64,000 nt of DNA from Parcubacteria group bacterium (GCA_041649615.1 JBAZMT010000004.1:691-64690); one strand, 5' to 3'. Counted from the stretch's first letter, positions 9,307 through 19,764 are shown. Notes: generated by a model not told the origin, from the sequence alone. Program-made: numbers and translations.

Positions 9307-10275
9307 CTATTGTTCAGTGTTTAATATGTTACGCGCTTTGTTAATAGGAATGGCAAAGCCGATGTTTTCGGCGTTATAAGCCACGGCCACGTTAATGCCG
9401 ATAACTTCGCCTTTGAGGTTGATCAGAGGGCCGCCGGAATTGCCCGGGTTGATGGCCGCATCCGTTTGTAAGACGTTTTCAATCGTTTCGGTATCCCCCG
9501 ATTGATCGGTCGCCGTAATCGTGCGGGCGAGACCGGAAATAACGCCTACCGAAACGGTATCTTTGTATTCACCCAGAGCGTTTCCGATAGCAATGGCCGT
9601 TTGACCGAGGCGAACGGAGTCGGAATTACCAAGATTTAAGACTGGAAAGCCGACTCCTTCAACTTTAAGAAGCGCTAAGTCTTCCGCGTCGTCAATTTTA
9701 ACCACTTTCGCGGCGTAGCTTGCGTCTTTCCCCGAAAAAACGGTATATTCGGCGTTTTTGTCCTGAATTACGTGCTTATTCGTGAGAATCAGGCCGTCCG
9801 AGGAAACGAAAAAACCCGTTCCGCCGCCGATTTCCTGTTTTTCCGTCCGACCAGAATCGCAAGGAACGTAAAATTTAAAATTCGGACCGAAATACGGATC
9901 GGTCACGGGACAGCGTTCAAGAATGGGGACGTCTTTCGTAACGACAACGGAGACGACTCCCAAGGATGCTTTATCTACCGCGCTGATAATCGCTTTTTCA
10001 AATTCTATTTTAGACTCGTAAGATTCGGCTCCTTCATCCTTCAGAAAACCGGTGCCGCCGTCGGTAGACGAAACCGTGGGCGTATTTCCGCTTGTTTTAG
10101 GTTCCCAAAACTTAAGATCGTTTAAAAAATTTCCAATGCCCGTAATTACGTCCGCCTCCGCCTTGGCGCGAGACAGACTGGCTAATTTTGGCGAAGTTTT
10201 AACGAAATCGGCAGCGGCAACGGCAATAACAAAAAAAGCGGCGATGACCGTGAGAAAGATTTTCTTTTTGTCCAT
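9307..10275 (-). CDS. HtrA/DegP-like trypsin serine protease, no PDZ domain evident
   Basis: LTNKHV, DLALLK and TDAAINPGNSGGPL catalytic motifs; N-terminal signal/TM. Confidence 0.9.
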   Translation of the reverse strand: MDKKKIFLTVIAAFFVIAVAAADFVKTSPKLASLSRAKAEADVITGIGNFLNDLKFWEPKTSGNTPTVSSTDGGTGFLKDEGAESYESKIEFEKAIISAVDKASLGVVSVVVTKDVPILERCPVTDPYFGPNFKFYVPCDSGRTEKQEIGGGTGFFVSSDGLILTNKHVIQDKNAEYTVFSGKDASYAAKVVKIDDAEDLALLKVEGVGFPVLNLGNSDSVRLGQTAIAIGNALGEYKDTVSVGVISGLARTITATDQSGDTETIENVLQTDAAINPGNSGGPLINLKGEVIGINVAVAYNAENIGFAIPINKARNILNTEQ

Positions 10276-10288
10276 GAAATTATGATAC

Positions 10289-10340
10289 CAAACTCAAAAC
10301 GCAAAACTCAAAACGTAAAACTACAACTCAAAACTCAAAA
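10289..10340. repeat. Degenerate tandem heptamer repeat (CTCAAAA-like)
   Basis: CAAACTCAAAACGCAAAACTCAAAACGTAAAACTACAACTCAAAACTCAAAA between tyrS and the protease gene. Confidence 0.8.
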
Positions 10341-10341
10341 T

Positions 10342-11529
10342 TTACTTTCGTTTTATTTTGATCCTGATAAACTTATGCTTTCCCGCTTTGAAAACGATGC
10401 CTTCTTCCGTGAAGTTAATTTCTTTCTGAGGATCGGTCAATTTATTTCCATCGGCTTCAACAGCTCCTTGTTCGATCAGACGGCGGGCTTCGCTTCTGGA
10501 AAGTCCAAAAACATCGGCTATCAGAGTCGTTGCGTCGGCGGGAGTATGGGTCGCTTCTTCAAGTTCCGTAGGCAGTTCTTTGTCGCGGTGAACTTTATCA
10601 AATTCTTCCGCCGCTTTTTCGGCAATAGATTCGCCGTAATAAATGGAAACGATTTCCTCCGCGAGTTTCGCTTTCGCGTCTCGGGGACTTTCGCTACCGA
10701 TCTTTTCTATTTCGTCTTCCGGAACATCGGTGCAAAGCAAAAAATATCGGCTGATGAGTTCGTCTTTCAAGGACATTACTTTCCCGAACATATCGTTCGG
10801 TTCATCGTCAATCGCGATGACATTTCCCCAGCTTGAGGACATTTTCCTTCCGTCCGTTCCTTCAAGCATTTCAAAAGTCATGATGTCTTGCGGTTCCTGG
10901 CCGTATCGGGGCTGGATGACGCGTCCGGCCAATAAATTAAAGAGTTGATCCGAACCGCCGATTTCAACGTCCGCTTTAGTTGCCACGCTGTCGTAACCCT
11001 GCATAAGCGGATACATGAATTCGCGGAGGCTGATTTCTTCGTGACGCTCAAACCTATCGCGGAAATTGCGGCGTTCAAGCATCTGACCCACGGAAAAATT
11101 TTCGGCGAGCTCCGAAATTTCCTGAAAGCCAAGCCGCGAAAGCCACTTACTGTTGAAATGGAACTCGGCGTGTTTTAAATCAACGATTTTCCCGAGCTGT
11201 TTCTTGTAATCTTTGAGATATTTTTTAATCTCCTCGCGCGCGAGCATGGGACGCTTTGCGAGTTTATCCGAAGGATCGCCGATTTGAGCGGTAAAATCAC
11301 CGATAATCAAAACCACTTTGTGTCCCAGTTCCTGAAAAGCGCGAAGTTTGCGCAAAGGAATCGCGCGACCCAGATGGATATGCGGGCTCGTGGGATCAAT
11401 GCCGAACTTAACGCGAAGCTCACGTCCCGATTCAAGGGCGTTTAAAAGATGATCTTTATCAATCACCTCTTCCACTCCGCGAGAGAAGAGAGAAGAAATA
11501 TTATTTGGATTTTTTGACGACTTCATCAA
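10342..11529 (-). CDS. tyrS: Tyrosine-tRNA ligase
   Basis: [13 protein letters not shown] (HIGH-like), [14 protein letters not shown]-terminal S4-like domain. Confidence 0.95.
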   Translation of the reverse strand: MMKSSKNPNNISSLFSRGVEEVIDKDHLLNALESGRELRVKFGIDPTSPHIHLGRAIPLRKLRAFQELGHKVVLIIGDFTAQIGDPSDKLAKRPMLAREEIKKYLKDYKKQLGKIVDLKHAEFHFNSKWLSRLGFQEISELAENFSVGQMLERRNFRDRFERHEEISLREFMYPLMQGYDSVATKADVEIGGSDQLFNLLAGRVIQPRYGQEPQDIMTFEMLEGTDGRKMSSSWGNVIAIDDEPNDMFGKVMSLKDELISRYFLLCTDVPEDEIEKIGSESPRDAKAKLAEEIVSIYYGESIAEKAAEEFDKVHRDKELPTELEEATHTPADATTLIADVFGLSRSEARRLIEQGAVEADGNKLTDPQKEINFTEEGIVFKAGKHKFIRIKIKRK

Positions 11530-12109
11530 TTAGCCCGTATTCCTTTGCTTCATCGGCCGAAAGCCAGTAATCCCTGTCGGAATCGTGTTCAATTTTCGCG
11601 AGCGGTTGGCCTGTCATTTTAGCAAGAAGCTGATTTATTTTGCCTTTGGTCTTTAAAATCTGTTTTGCGGCGATTTCAATGTCGCTCGCTTGGCCTTCCG
11701 CGCCACCCATTACCTGATGGATCAAAACTTCGGAGTTCGGTAAAGCGATGCGTCTTCCTTTTTCGCCGGCGGCTAAAAGAAAGGCGGCGATCGAAGCGGC
11801 CATACCGACACAAACCGTTTCAACCGGAGGCTTTACGAATTGCATGGTATCGTAAATCGCCATGCCGGCTGTAACAACACCGCCCGGAGAATTGACATAA
11901 AGCTTGATCGGCTTCTTTTGGTCTTCGCTCGCGAGGAAAAGCATTTGGGCAATGACGGTGTTCGCCACGCCGTCATCAACGAGGCCGCCCAAGAAGATTA
12001 TCCGGTCTTTAAGGAGACGAGAATAAATGTCAAAGGCTCTTTCGCCCGAAGAGGATTTTTCAATAACGGTAGGGATTAAGTAGTCGTTTTTTGAGGGATT
12101 CATATGCAT
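11501..12109 (-). CDS. clpP: ATP-dependent Clp protease proteolytic subunit
   Basis: [29 protein letters not shown] motifs. Confidence 0.97.
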   Translation of the reverse strand: MHMNPSKNDYLIPTVIEKSSSGERAFDIYSRLLKDRIIFLGGLVDDGVANTVIAQMLFLASEDQKKPIKLYVNSPGGVVTAGMAIYDTMQFVKPPVETVCVGMAASIAAFLLAAGEKGRRIALPNSEVLIHQVMGGAEGQASDIEIAAKQILKTKGKINQLLAKMTGQPLAKIEHDSDRDYWLSADEAKEYGLIDEVVKKSK

Positions 12110-12112
12110 ATT

Positions 12113-13381
12113 TTACTCTTCTTCCGGCTTCGGGATAAGAGTTCCTTCATCCGGGGTTTCTGATATTTCTTCGGAGGCAACGAGTCCGCCGGTCTCTAAA
12201 TCGCTTTCCGCCACGCCTCCTTCCTGCACTTCGTTCGGGTTCATTTCGGAACGGACGTCTATTTTCCAGCCGGTAAGTTTTGCCGCCAGCCGTACGTTCT
12301 GGCCTCCTTTGCCGATCGCAAGACTCAACTGATCTTCGGGAACGATGACTCTCGCTTCGTGGCGTTCGTGTATTTCCACTTCTTTCACTTTCGCGGGAGA
12401 GAGAGCGGCCGAAATATATTCTTCAGGATTTTCGGACCATTCAACGATGTCTATTTTTTCGTTGCCTAGTTCGTTCGTTACCGCCATAACGCGAGTTCCG
12501 CGCTGACCTACGCAAGAGCCAATAGGATCAACTCCCGCGATGTCCGAGAACACCGCCATTTTGGTGCGGCTGCCTGCTTCGCGCGCGATGCCCTTGATTT
12601 GAACCGTGCCATCGGCGATTTCGGGAACTTCAAGTTCAAAAAGCTTGGCGATAAAGCGGGGATGAGAGCGCGACAAAACTATTTCCGGCTGACCGCGTCT
12701 GTTTTCCTGAATGGCGAGAACGTAAAAACGCATCCGCTGATTCACGCCGTAGCGTTCGCCAGGAATCGTTTCGTTCTGGAACATAATTCCCGATATGCGG
12801 CCGAGATCAACATGAACGTTTCCGCGATCAAACCGGTGGATCAGCCCTGAAATTATTTTTCCTTCTTTGTCTTTGAACTCGCCGAATACGGCTTCTTTTT
12901 CCGCCTCGCGGAATTTTTGCAAAATCACCTGCTTCGCCGATTGGGCGGCGATGCGGCCGAATTCCGTTTTCGGTTCAAGAGTAAATTCAAGTTTGTCGCC
13001 CAAAATCGCGTCCAGTTTTATTTCTTTCGCTTCGGCCAAAAATATGTGGCGTTCGGGATTGTAACGAGGAAGTTTTTCCTCGGTTTCATCGGTTTCTTGA
13101 ATTCCGGCGGAGGTTTGTTCGGACGTCCCGAATTCTTCTTCGGTTTCCCCTTCTTCCGGTATGCGGACGGTCGTATCGTCAACCACTTCTTTCTCTTGCC
13201 AGAACCTGACTTCGCCGGTATCGGGATTGATTTTCGCTTTTATCACTTCCCCTCTCTCGCCATATTCTTTGCGGTAAGCGGCCGCGAGAGAATCTTCCAC
13301 ACCTTCCAAAACGCGCGAGGCGTCAATGCCACGTTCTTTCGCGATTTGATTTATTATCGTAACGATTTGTTTTAAATCCAT
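12113..13381 (-). CDS. nusA: Transcription termination/antitermination factor NusA
   Basis: FGRIAAQSAKQVI, S1 and KH domains, LSLAIGKGGQNVRLAAKLTGWKID. Confidence 0.97.
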   Translation of the reverse strand: MDLKQIVTIINQIAKERGIDASRVLEGVEDSLAAAYRKEYGERGEVIKAKINPDTGEVRFWQEKEVVDDTTVRIPEEGETEEEFGTSEQTSAGIQETDETEEKLPRYNPERHIFLAEAKEIKLDAILGDKLEFTLEPKTEFGRIAAQSAKQVILQKFREAEKEAVFGEFKDKEGKIISGLIHRFDRGNVHVDLGRISGIMFQNETIPGERYGVNQRMRFYVLAIQENRRGQPEIVLSRSHPRFIAKLFELEVPEIADGTVQIKGIAREAGSRTKMAVFSDIAGVDPIGSCVGQRGTRVMAVTNELGNEKIDIVEWSENPEEYISAALSPAKVKEVEIHERHEARVIVPEDQLSLAIGKGGQNVRLAAKLTGWKIDVRSEMNPNEVQEGGVAESDLETGGLVASEEISETPDEGTLIPKPEEE

Positions 13382-13396
13382 TTTATTTTTCTTTTG

Positions 13397-13426
13397 AAAG
13401 CCCCGCCTGAAACTGGCGGGGCTTTC
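13397..13426 (-). terminator. Hairpin AAAGCCCCGCC-TGAAACT-GGCGGGGCTTT upstream of nusA
   Basis: Perfect GC-rich inverted repeat in the intergenic region. Confidence 0.6.
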
Positions 13427-13467
13427 TTCATCCTTTGATCATATCACCTTAACGCCCAAAAGTCAAA

Positions 13468-14811
13468 TTAGAAGCCCGCGCGCTTTGCCGCTTCGGTAAT
13501 GCCTTTATAAGAGGAAGCGGCGATAAGGTAAGTGTCGCCCGCGACGTTCTTAAACCAGCCGTAGTTAAAGGCGTAGCCGGCAGTCGTAAATGTAGCGTAT
13601 CGGATGGGATTTACGCCTACCGTTCCGGCTCTAAAAGCGGATATGGTTCCCGGATCGGTCAGATAAAAGTTCTTCAGATTGGGAGACGCTTCAAGCGCCG
13701 TGGAAACGGCGTCAAGCGTTGAGGCAGCGGCTTCGGGTTTTACTTTGGCGATAAATCCGGGCAAATCATTCACGCCGTCTTTGTAAACGAATAAGGTAAA
13801 ATCGTCTTCAAAGGCCGCTTCTATTCCGGGAGCGTTAATCTCCGATAACATGGCCGTAATGAACGACGGGAAAGTAAGAGGACCTTCCGCAGTATTGATA
13901 ACGAGTTCCCTTATCATGCCGTCTCCGATCGTTACGCCCGACGTTTCTCCGGCCGGGAAAAGGGCTTTAATGAATTCGGCAGTAACGGTTTCCAAAATAT
14001 TTTCTTCCGTGGAATCAGCAGGGGTTACGATGAATAGAGAAGAATGGGTTGTTACGGGAGTCGGTTCGGGTTCAGGTTCCGGCTCCGGAGGAGTTGGAGT
14101 AGGAAGAGGTTCCGGAGTGGAGACGGGGCTTACAATGAGAGGCCAGGCGAATTTATAGCCTAAGAATCCGAGCGCTCCTAAAATGATCAAGATAACGACG
14201 ACCAATATGATCTTATTTCCGCCTTTTTTCTTCGCGGATGGTTGGACGGTCGTCGGACTAAAGAACGCTTCTTCGCCCATCGGGGCGGGGGAAAACATTT
14301 TAGGCGCGGTTTCCATTCCGCCGGAAGCTTTAAGCGCCGAGGAATCGGTATTCATAGTTCTTACTTCATATTGAGAAGCCGTTGGAGGAGGAACGGAAGC
14401 GGCGGGTCCGCCAAATCCAGAGACGGGCGGAGGCGAAATAGGACGAGAAGCGGGCGCCATTGGTGGAACTGGTGCGGCAGACATTGAAGTCGGAGCGGGA
14501 GTTTGAGCAATTCCTGAAACGCCTGGAATGGATGAAATCGGTACCGAGCCGACAGAAGATGGAGTCGCGTTCATCGGGCCTGGAGTAGGAACAGCATTCG
14601 GAGACCAATCCGTACTTACGGGTTGGTTGAATCCGACACCGCTCCCGTTGAATGGAGCAGGGGCGGGCCCGTCTGAAGCCGAGGCGGGTGCGATTGGGGC
14701 GGGTGTGACTCCCATTGGGGCGGGACTCGCCGGGTTTGTTCCGTTGCCGGGTAAAGCGGAGTTGCTAAAATCCGGACGCACAGGTTGATTTTCGTTTGTT
14801 TGTCCGTTCAT
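13468..14811 (-). CDS. Pro-rich single-pass membrane protein
   Basis: About 195-aa Pro/Ser/Ala low-complexity N-terminus, KKK-TM, PEPEPEP stalk, globular C-terminal domain. Confidence 0.75.
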   Translation of the reverse strand: MNGQTNENQPVRPDFSNSALPGNGTNPASPAPMGVTPAPIAPASASDGPAPAPFNGSGVGFNQPVSTDWSPNAVPTPGPMNATPSSVGSVPISSIPGVSGIAQTPAPTSMSAAPVPPMAPASRPISPPPVSGFGGPAASVPPPTASQYEVRTMNTDSSALKASGGMETAPKMFSPAPMGEEAFFSPTTVQPSAKKKGGNKIILVVVILIILGALGFLGYKFAWPLIVSPVSTPEPLPTPTPPEPEPEPEPTPVTTHSSLFIVTPADSTEENILETVTAEFIKALFPAGETSGVTIGDGMIRELVINTAEGPLTFPSFITAMLSEINAPGIEAAFEDDFTLFVYKDGVNDLPGFIAKVKPEAAASTLDAVSTALEASPNLKNFYLTDPGTISAFRAGTVGVNPIRYATFTTAGYAFNYGWFKNVAGDTYLIAASSYKGITEAAKRAGF

Positions 14812-14897
14812 TACTTAATGATAGCAGTACTATCACGAAAAGAGATGTGAATAACCCTGACGCGAATAATTTTATCGCTATTTAAATGAAGAGAAAG

Positions 14898-16997
14898 CTA
14901 CTCTTTCAGTTGCTTAATAGACAAACCGATTTTGCCTTCTTCCACTTTAATCACTTTTGCGCGGACGAAGTCGCCGACGTTTACTACGTCAGTCACGTTT
15001 TTCACGAATCCTTCTTTAAGTTCCGAAACGTGTATCATTCCGTCTTTACCTCCGCTTAAGTCCACGATGGCACCGAAGTCTAAAATTCGAACAACGTTTC
15101 CTTCAACGATTTCGCCCACTTTAAATTCATGAAGAATTGATTCAACTTCTTTTACTCCCGCTTCCAAGGCGGACTTATCCCGCGCGGCCACAAAAACTTT
15201 TCCGGATTCGTCTATGTCAATCGTGACGCCCGTGCGGGCGATGATTCCATTAATCACTTTTCCGCCCGGACCGATGACTTCGCCGATGCGGTCGGGATCG
15301 ATCGCGATAACTTTTACGTGCGGAGCGAATTTCGAAATTTCCGCGCGGGGCGCAGAAATGGTTTTTTCCATAACGGAGAGAATTTCAAGACGCGCTTTTT
15401 TCGCCTGGACCAGTCCCTTAGACAAAACTTCAAGCGGTACGCCCGATATTTTTACGTCCATCTGAATGGCGTTTACCCCGTCTTTGGTGCCCGCAACTTT
15501 AAAATCCATGTCGCCGTGATGATCTTCGGGTCCTTGAATGTCGGTCAATATTTTGTATTCGCCTTCAGAAGACATTAATCCCATCGCAATACCCGCGACC
15601 GGTTTTTTGATGGGTACGCCCGCATCCATTAAAGCCATAATGGAAGAACATACGGAGGCCATTGAGGAAGATCCGTTTGAGGAAAGAATTTCCGAGACAA
15701 CGCGAATGGTGTAAGGAAATTCATCAACCGAAGGAATTACGCTCCTCACCGCTTTTTCCGCGAGCGCGCCGTGGCCGATGTCCCGCCTGCCGGGACCTCG
15801 GTATGATTTCGCTTCTCCCACCGAGTAGCCGGGAAAATTGTAATGAAGCATAAAGCGCTCTTTGCCGACGCGTTCAATGGTTTCAATCATTTTTTCCTGG
15901 CCCGGAGCGGCAAGCGTTACCGTCGCAAGAGATTGGGTATTGCCGCGAATGAAAACCGCGGAGCCGTGAGTGCGGGGCAAAAGCGCCACTTCGGCGTAAA
16001 GTTCGCGAAGCTCATCAAGCGCCCGGCCATCGGGTCTTCGGTTGTTCGCAATTATTTCTTTGTGAACGATGTCGTTAATCAAGATTTCGGTTATTCTTTC
16101 CACGGCCGGAAAATCGTCTTCCGTAAATCCTTTTTCCAAAATGTGCGCCGCAAGCTCTTTTTTTAAGAGTGCGGTCGCGTTTTCGCGTTCGATTTTGCCA
16201 CTCTTAAACAAAGCTTCGTCTATACGGCCGGATAAAAATTCGGAAACGGCCGATTTCAATTCTTCCGAAGGTTCCATAAGCGCCACGTCAACTTTGGTTT
16301 TTCCGACTTTAGAAATCACATCGCGCTCAAATGAAAGAATTTTTTCTATCTCTTTCATCGCTTCGGCGTAAGCGGCGATAATTTCGTTTTCGTCCGCTTC
16401 GTAACCTTCAAACTCAATCATGTTTACTTCTCCGTCTAATCCAGCAATAAAGCTTAAGAATTTTTTATCGTTTTCTTTTTCGCTAAGTTCGCTTTCTTTG
16501 GGATTAATCACAAGCCTGTCGCCTAATTTGGCGATGGAAACGCCCGCGATAGGACCTCCCCAAGGAATATCGGAAATACCAAGCGCCGTAGAAACGGCGG
16601 TAAGGGCCGCGAAATCCGGATCGTTTTCTTCGTCATAAGAAAGAACCGTGGCGGTTACTTGAATGGGACGGCGAATCCTCACGTCAAAAAGGGGTCGGAT
16701 GGCACGATCTATCAGCCGGCCTGAGAGAATGGCGTTCTCGGACGGTTTGCCTTCGCGGCGAACGTATTGACTGCCTAATATTTTTCCGGCGGCGTAAAAC
16801 TTTTCTTCGTAATCAACGATAAGAGGCATAAAGTCTCCTTCCCTGTCACTCTTATCCATTACGACCGTCGCCAAAACGGACGTTTCGCCGTAGGTTGCGA
16901 GTACGGCCGCGTTGGCCTGTTCGGCGAGACGAGAAACTTCCAATTTAAGGGGTCGCCCGGCAACTTCAGTTTCAAAAATTTTTCTGTTTAAATCCAT
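14898..16997 (-). CDS. pnp: Polyribonucleotide nucleotidyltransferase
   Basis: Two RNase PH domains, SNGSSSMAS, GDMDFKVAGT, KH and S1 domains. Confidence 0.97.
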   Translation of the reverse strand: MDLNRKIFETEVAGRPLKLEVSRLAEQANAAVLATYGETSVLATVVMDKSDREGDFMPLIVDYEEKFYAAGKILGSQYVRREGKPSENAILSGRLIDRAIRPLFDVRIRRPIQVTATVLSYDEENDPDFAALTAVSTALGISDIPWGGPIAGVSIAKLGDRLVINPKESELSEKENDKKFLSFIAGLDGEVNMIEFEGYEADENEIIAAYAEAMKEIEKILSFERDVISKVGKTKVDVALMEPSEELKSAVSEFLSGRIDEALFKSGKIERENATALLKKELAAHILEKGFTEDDFPAVERITEILINDIVHKEIIANNRRPDGRALDELRELYAEVALLPRTHGSAVFIRGNTQSLATVTLAAPGQEKMIETIERVGKERFMLHYNFPGYSVGEAKSYRGPGRRDIGHGALAEKAVRSVIPSVDEFPYTIRVVSEILSSNGSSSMASVCSSIMALMDAGVPIKKPVAGIAMGLMSSEGEYKILTDIQGPEDHHGDMDFKVAGTKDGVNAIQMDVKISGVPLEVLSKGLVQAKKARLEILSVMEKTISAPRAEISKFAPHVKVIAIDPDRIGEVIGPGGKVINGIIARTGVTIDIDESGKVFVAARDKSALEAGVKEVESILHEFKVGEIVEGNVVRILDFGAIVDLSGGKDGMIHVSELKEGFVKNVTDVVNVGDFVRAKVIKVEEGKIGLSIKQLKE

Positions 16998-17062
16998 ATT
17001 TTATTTTGTTTAATTTTTACCCTCCTAGGTTTTACTTCGTAAAATTTTGGAGGGTGAATTTT

Positions 17063-17614
17063 TTATTTTTTGATTATTCTTCTGCGACTAGCCGCGCGGC
17101 TGCGTTCCGATTTAAACACGGCTTTCGGAATATCGTCCACGTCTATGAATTTGTCCACTTCTTCTTTCATTTTGCCGGAAGTGGTTCGGCCGAAAGCGAC
17201 AACTTCAACTATTTTCCCGAGACCGATCTGCAGATATTCCACGAGCGGAATGAAGTCGCCGTCACCCGTCGCGAGAATAATGACATCCAAGCTCGGCGCG
17301 AGACGAATGGCGTCAACCGCCATCCCCACATCCCAGTCGGCTTTTTTCGCGCCGGAGGAATAAATCTGGAGATCTTTCATCCGGAGTTCTATTCCTTCTT
17401 TTTCAAGAGCGCCGAAAAACGCTTCCTCTCCCGTTTGCGGATCGGAAGAAACGACATAGCCGATCGCTCGCGCGACTTTGCGTCCGGCGGCTACGTATTT
17501 GATAAGTTCTTTATAATTGACCCGGCTTCCATGCAGGTTCCTCGCTGAGTGATAAAGGTTCTGAATATCCAAAAATATTCCTACTCGTTGTTCCGTATTA
17601 ATTGAATTTGCCAT
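17063..17614 (-). CDS. NYN domain (LabA/DUF88) PIN-like protein
   Basis: FLDIQNLY, KADWDVGMAVD, ATGDGDFIPL. Confidence 0.9.
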   Translation of the reverse strand: MANSINTEQRVGIFLDIQNLYHSARNLHGSRVNYKELIKYVAAGRKVARAIGYVVSSDPQTGEEAFFGALEKEGIELRMKDLQIYSSGAKKADWDVGMAVDAIRLAPSLDVIILATGDGDFIPLVEYLQIGLGKIVEVVAFGRTTSGKMKEEVDKFIDVDDIPKAVFKSERSRAASRRRIIKK

Positions 17615-17908
17615 TTAGGCCGTTCTCTTTTTACCCGTTTTCTTTTCCGCCTTGGCTTCGCTCTTTGCCTTTCTGCCGGCTTTTTTCTCCGCTTCGGCAG
17701 ATAAATATCTTTCCAGTTTGCGGCGTTTGCTCACCATCTTCAAAAGACCTCTTCTTGAGTGAATGTCCTTAGGGTTTTTTTTCAGGTGATCGGCAAGTTC
17801 CGAAATGCGGCGATTCAGGACGCCAACCTGGACGTTCGCCGAGCCGGTATCCGTTTCGTGAATCTGGGCTTCTTTAATAATGTTCGCTTTAACTCTTTTA
17901 GTAAGCAT
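17615..17908 (-). CDS. rpsO: 30S ribosomal protein S15
   Basis: [34 protein letters not shown]. Confidence 0.97.
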   Translation of the reverse strand: MLTKRVKANIIKEAQIHETDTGSANVQVGVLNRRISELADHLKKNPKDIHSRRGLLKMVSKRRKLERYLSAEAEKKAGRKAKSEAKAEKKTGKKRTA

Positions 17909-17949
17909 TTAGGTAATAATATGCTGAAAAATGGGATTTTTCAAGCTAA

Positions 17950-18056
17950 CTCAAATGTCAAAGCTCAAAACTCAAAATTAAAACCTTTAACCTTTAATCT
18001 TTAGAGATTTGAGATAATTGGCTGTGGTTTCGACGTTTGAGTTTTGAGATTTGAGA
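17950..18056. repeat. Inverted pair of tandem heptamer arrays (CTCAAAA..TTTGAGA)
   Basis: Left arm CTCAAAT GTCAAAG CTCAAAA CTCAAAA (17950-17977); right arm TTTGAGT TTTGAGA TTTGAGA (18036-18056). Confidence 0.8.
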
Positions 18057-18091
18057 TAATGTTTTACGACATATCCATGATAAGATGAGAT

Positions 18092-18988
18092 TTGATGACC
18101 GCCATAGAGAAACTCCTAAAGGACTACTTTGATTACCTTCAGATAGAGAAAAACCGTTCGCCGAAGACGAAGGCGGTATATGAGAGGGCTTTAAGAAAGT
18201 TTGTGGAATTTGGAAAAATCCAAAATCCCAAAGACATTACGGACGAGCGCATCCGGAATTTCCGAGTGCATTTGGCCGAGAAGGGAGAACTTAAAAAGAA
18301 CACGCAAGGATATTATGCGATCGCCATCAGAAATTTTTTAAAATACCTGGTCAAACGCGACGTGCCGGCTTTAACACCTGAAAAAATAGAATTGCCGCAA
18401 ATGCAGAAGCGGCAGATAGAAGTAATTGAATACGGAGATTTGGAGAGGCTTCTTGAAACGCCAAAGGGAAATTCGGTGAAAGTTTTGCGCGATCGGGCGA
18501 TTTTGGAAACGCTTTTTTCGACGGGGCTTCGCGTTTCGGAACTTTGCGCTTTGGGAAGGTACATTAATACCGATCGCGGAGAAATATCGGTGAAAGGAAA
18601 AGGCGAAAAAATAAGGGTGGTCTTTTTATCGGAGAGAGCGAAAAAAGCGATAAAGGCGTATTTGGACAAACGCGATGACGCGGAAGAGGCGTTATTTATA
18701 ACGTTTACGCACGCGAAACAAGCAAAGCCGATCGGGAGAATGACGCCCCGAACGGTTGAACGGATCATAGATCACTACGCGCGCGAAGCGGGAATTCCGA
18801 AGAGTGTCCATCCGCATACTCTGCGGCATTTGTTTGCAACAGACTTGCTCATGAACGGGGCGGACTTGCGTTCGGTTCAAGAAATGCTGGGACACTCAAA
18901 CATTCAGACGACTCAAATTTACACGCACCTCACGAATAGAGAATTGAAAGACATTCACAAATCATTTCACGGAAGAAGAAGAGGATGA
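18092..18988 (+). CDS. XerC/XerD-family tyrosine recombinase
   Basis: STGLRVSEL, KGKGEK, HPHTLRHLFAT, LGHSNIQTTQIYTH. Confidence 0.93.
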   Translation: MMTAIEKLLKDYFDYLQIEKNRSPKTKAVYERALRKFVEFGKIQNPKDITDERIRNFRVHLAEKGELKKNTQGYYAIAIRNFLKYLVKRDVPALTPEKIELPQMQKRQIEVIEYGDLERLLETPKGNSVKVLRDRAILETLFSTGLRVSELCALGRYINTDRGEISVKGKGEKIRVVFLSERAKKAIKAYLDKRDDAEEALFITFTHAKQAKPIGRMTPRTVERIIDHYAREAGIPKSVHPHTLRHLFATDLLMNGADLRSVQEMLGHSNIQTTQIYTHLTNRELKDIHKSFHGRRRG

Positions 18989-18992
18989 TGAC

Positions 18993-19029
18993 TTCTGCCT
19001 GTACTGACACCTTGTCAGTACAGGCAGAA
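18993..19029. terminator. 17-bp perfect hairpin after xer (terminator or REP-like element)
   Basis: TTCTGCCTGTACTGACA-CCT-TGTCAGTACAGGCAGAA. Confidence 0.7.
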
Positions 19030-19075
19030 AATAAAAAAGCGCCACGATTGAAGCGTGCGCGCTTGTGCAAAAAAA

Positions 19076-19408
19076 TTATTTTTCACTTGGAGTTATGAGT
19101 CCTTCGGCTTTTGATCCGTCATAGTATCCCCTAAGACGGTGCGTTCCGAAGACGGCGTTTGGATCATACAAACCGAATTGCCATTCCCAAGTATTGTGAG
19201 TCTCATGCAACAGAGTGTGGATCCACTCAACCGTGGCTCCTTGAAGAGACGTGCCCACTCCGAGTTTTGAAAGCAAAAAGATTTTTTGTTCTTCCTTCGG
19301 ACGGATGGCGAGAATAACACTACGTTGATATCGCAAGGAATCAAAAAATTGCAGGAGTGACATTCCGTAGAATGCATAGATCGGGGGTTTCGTTTCCGTG
19401 TTGCTCAT
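19076..19408 (-). CDS. Orphan hypothetical protein
   Basis: GAGGAGG upstream of ATG 19408 (MSNTETKPP); TTGACA further upstream. Confidence 0.6.
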   Translation of the reverse strand: MSNTETKPPIYAFYGMSLLQFFDSLRYQRSVILAIRPKEEQKIFLLSKLGVGTSLQGATVEWIHTLLHETHNTWEWQFGLYDPNAVFGTHRLRGYYDGSKAEGLITPSEK

Positions 19409-19549
19409 AAGGCAATCCTCCTCTCCATTAGAAGTAAAAATTTTTATAGGAACTTGGTTTAGAAATAACAAGAAGATAGAGATTTTGTCAAGGGAATAAG
19501 CTCATTGATTTGCTAAAAAGGCGCGTTTATTCATAATAAATCGTATATC

Positions 19550-19630
19550 GCTCCCGTGGCGGAATGGCAGACGCGCATGGCTTAGGACCATGTTCCGAAA
19601 GGATTGGAGGTTCAAATCCTCCCGGGAGCA
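19550..19630 (+). tRNA. tRNA-Leu(UAG)
   Basis: Acceptor stem GCTCCCG/CGGGAGC, anticodon arm CATGG-CTTAGGA-CCATG, long variable arm, GGTTCAAATCC; CCA not encoded. Confidence 0.95.
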
Positions 19631-19764
19631 CAATTAGCCGCTTAAATGCTCGTAAAATCGGGCTTTTTACCTTGACAAACCGTTATTTTTATGCTATAGT
19701 GGAGTTAGAAGATTAAAAATTTCATATAAATTTGAATTTGGAAAAAAGGAAAGGAGTCACAAAG

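Noticed and set aside
8201-9334. 12-bp inverted match GCGTAACATATT between 8201 and the protease 3' end as an inversion boundary
   Set aside because: It is short and AT-rich enough to arise by chance, and gene orientation gives no sign of inversion.
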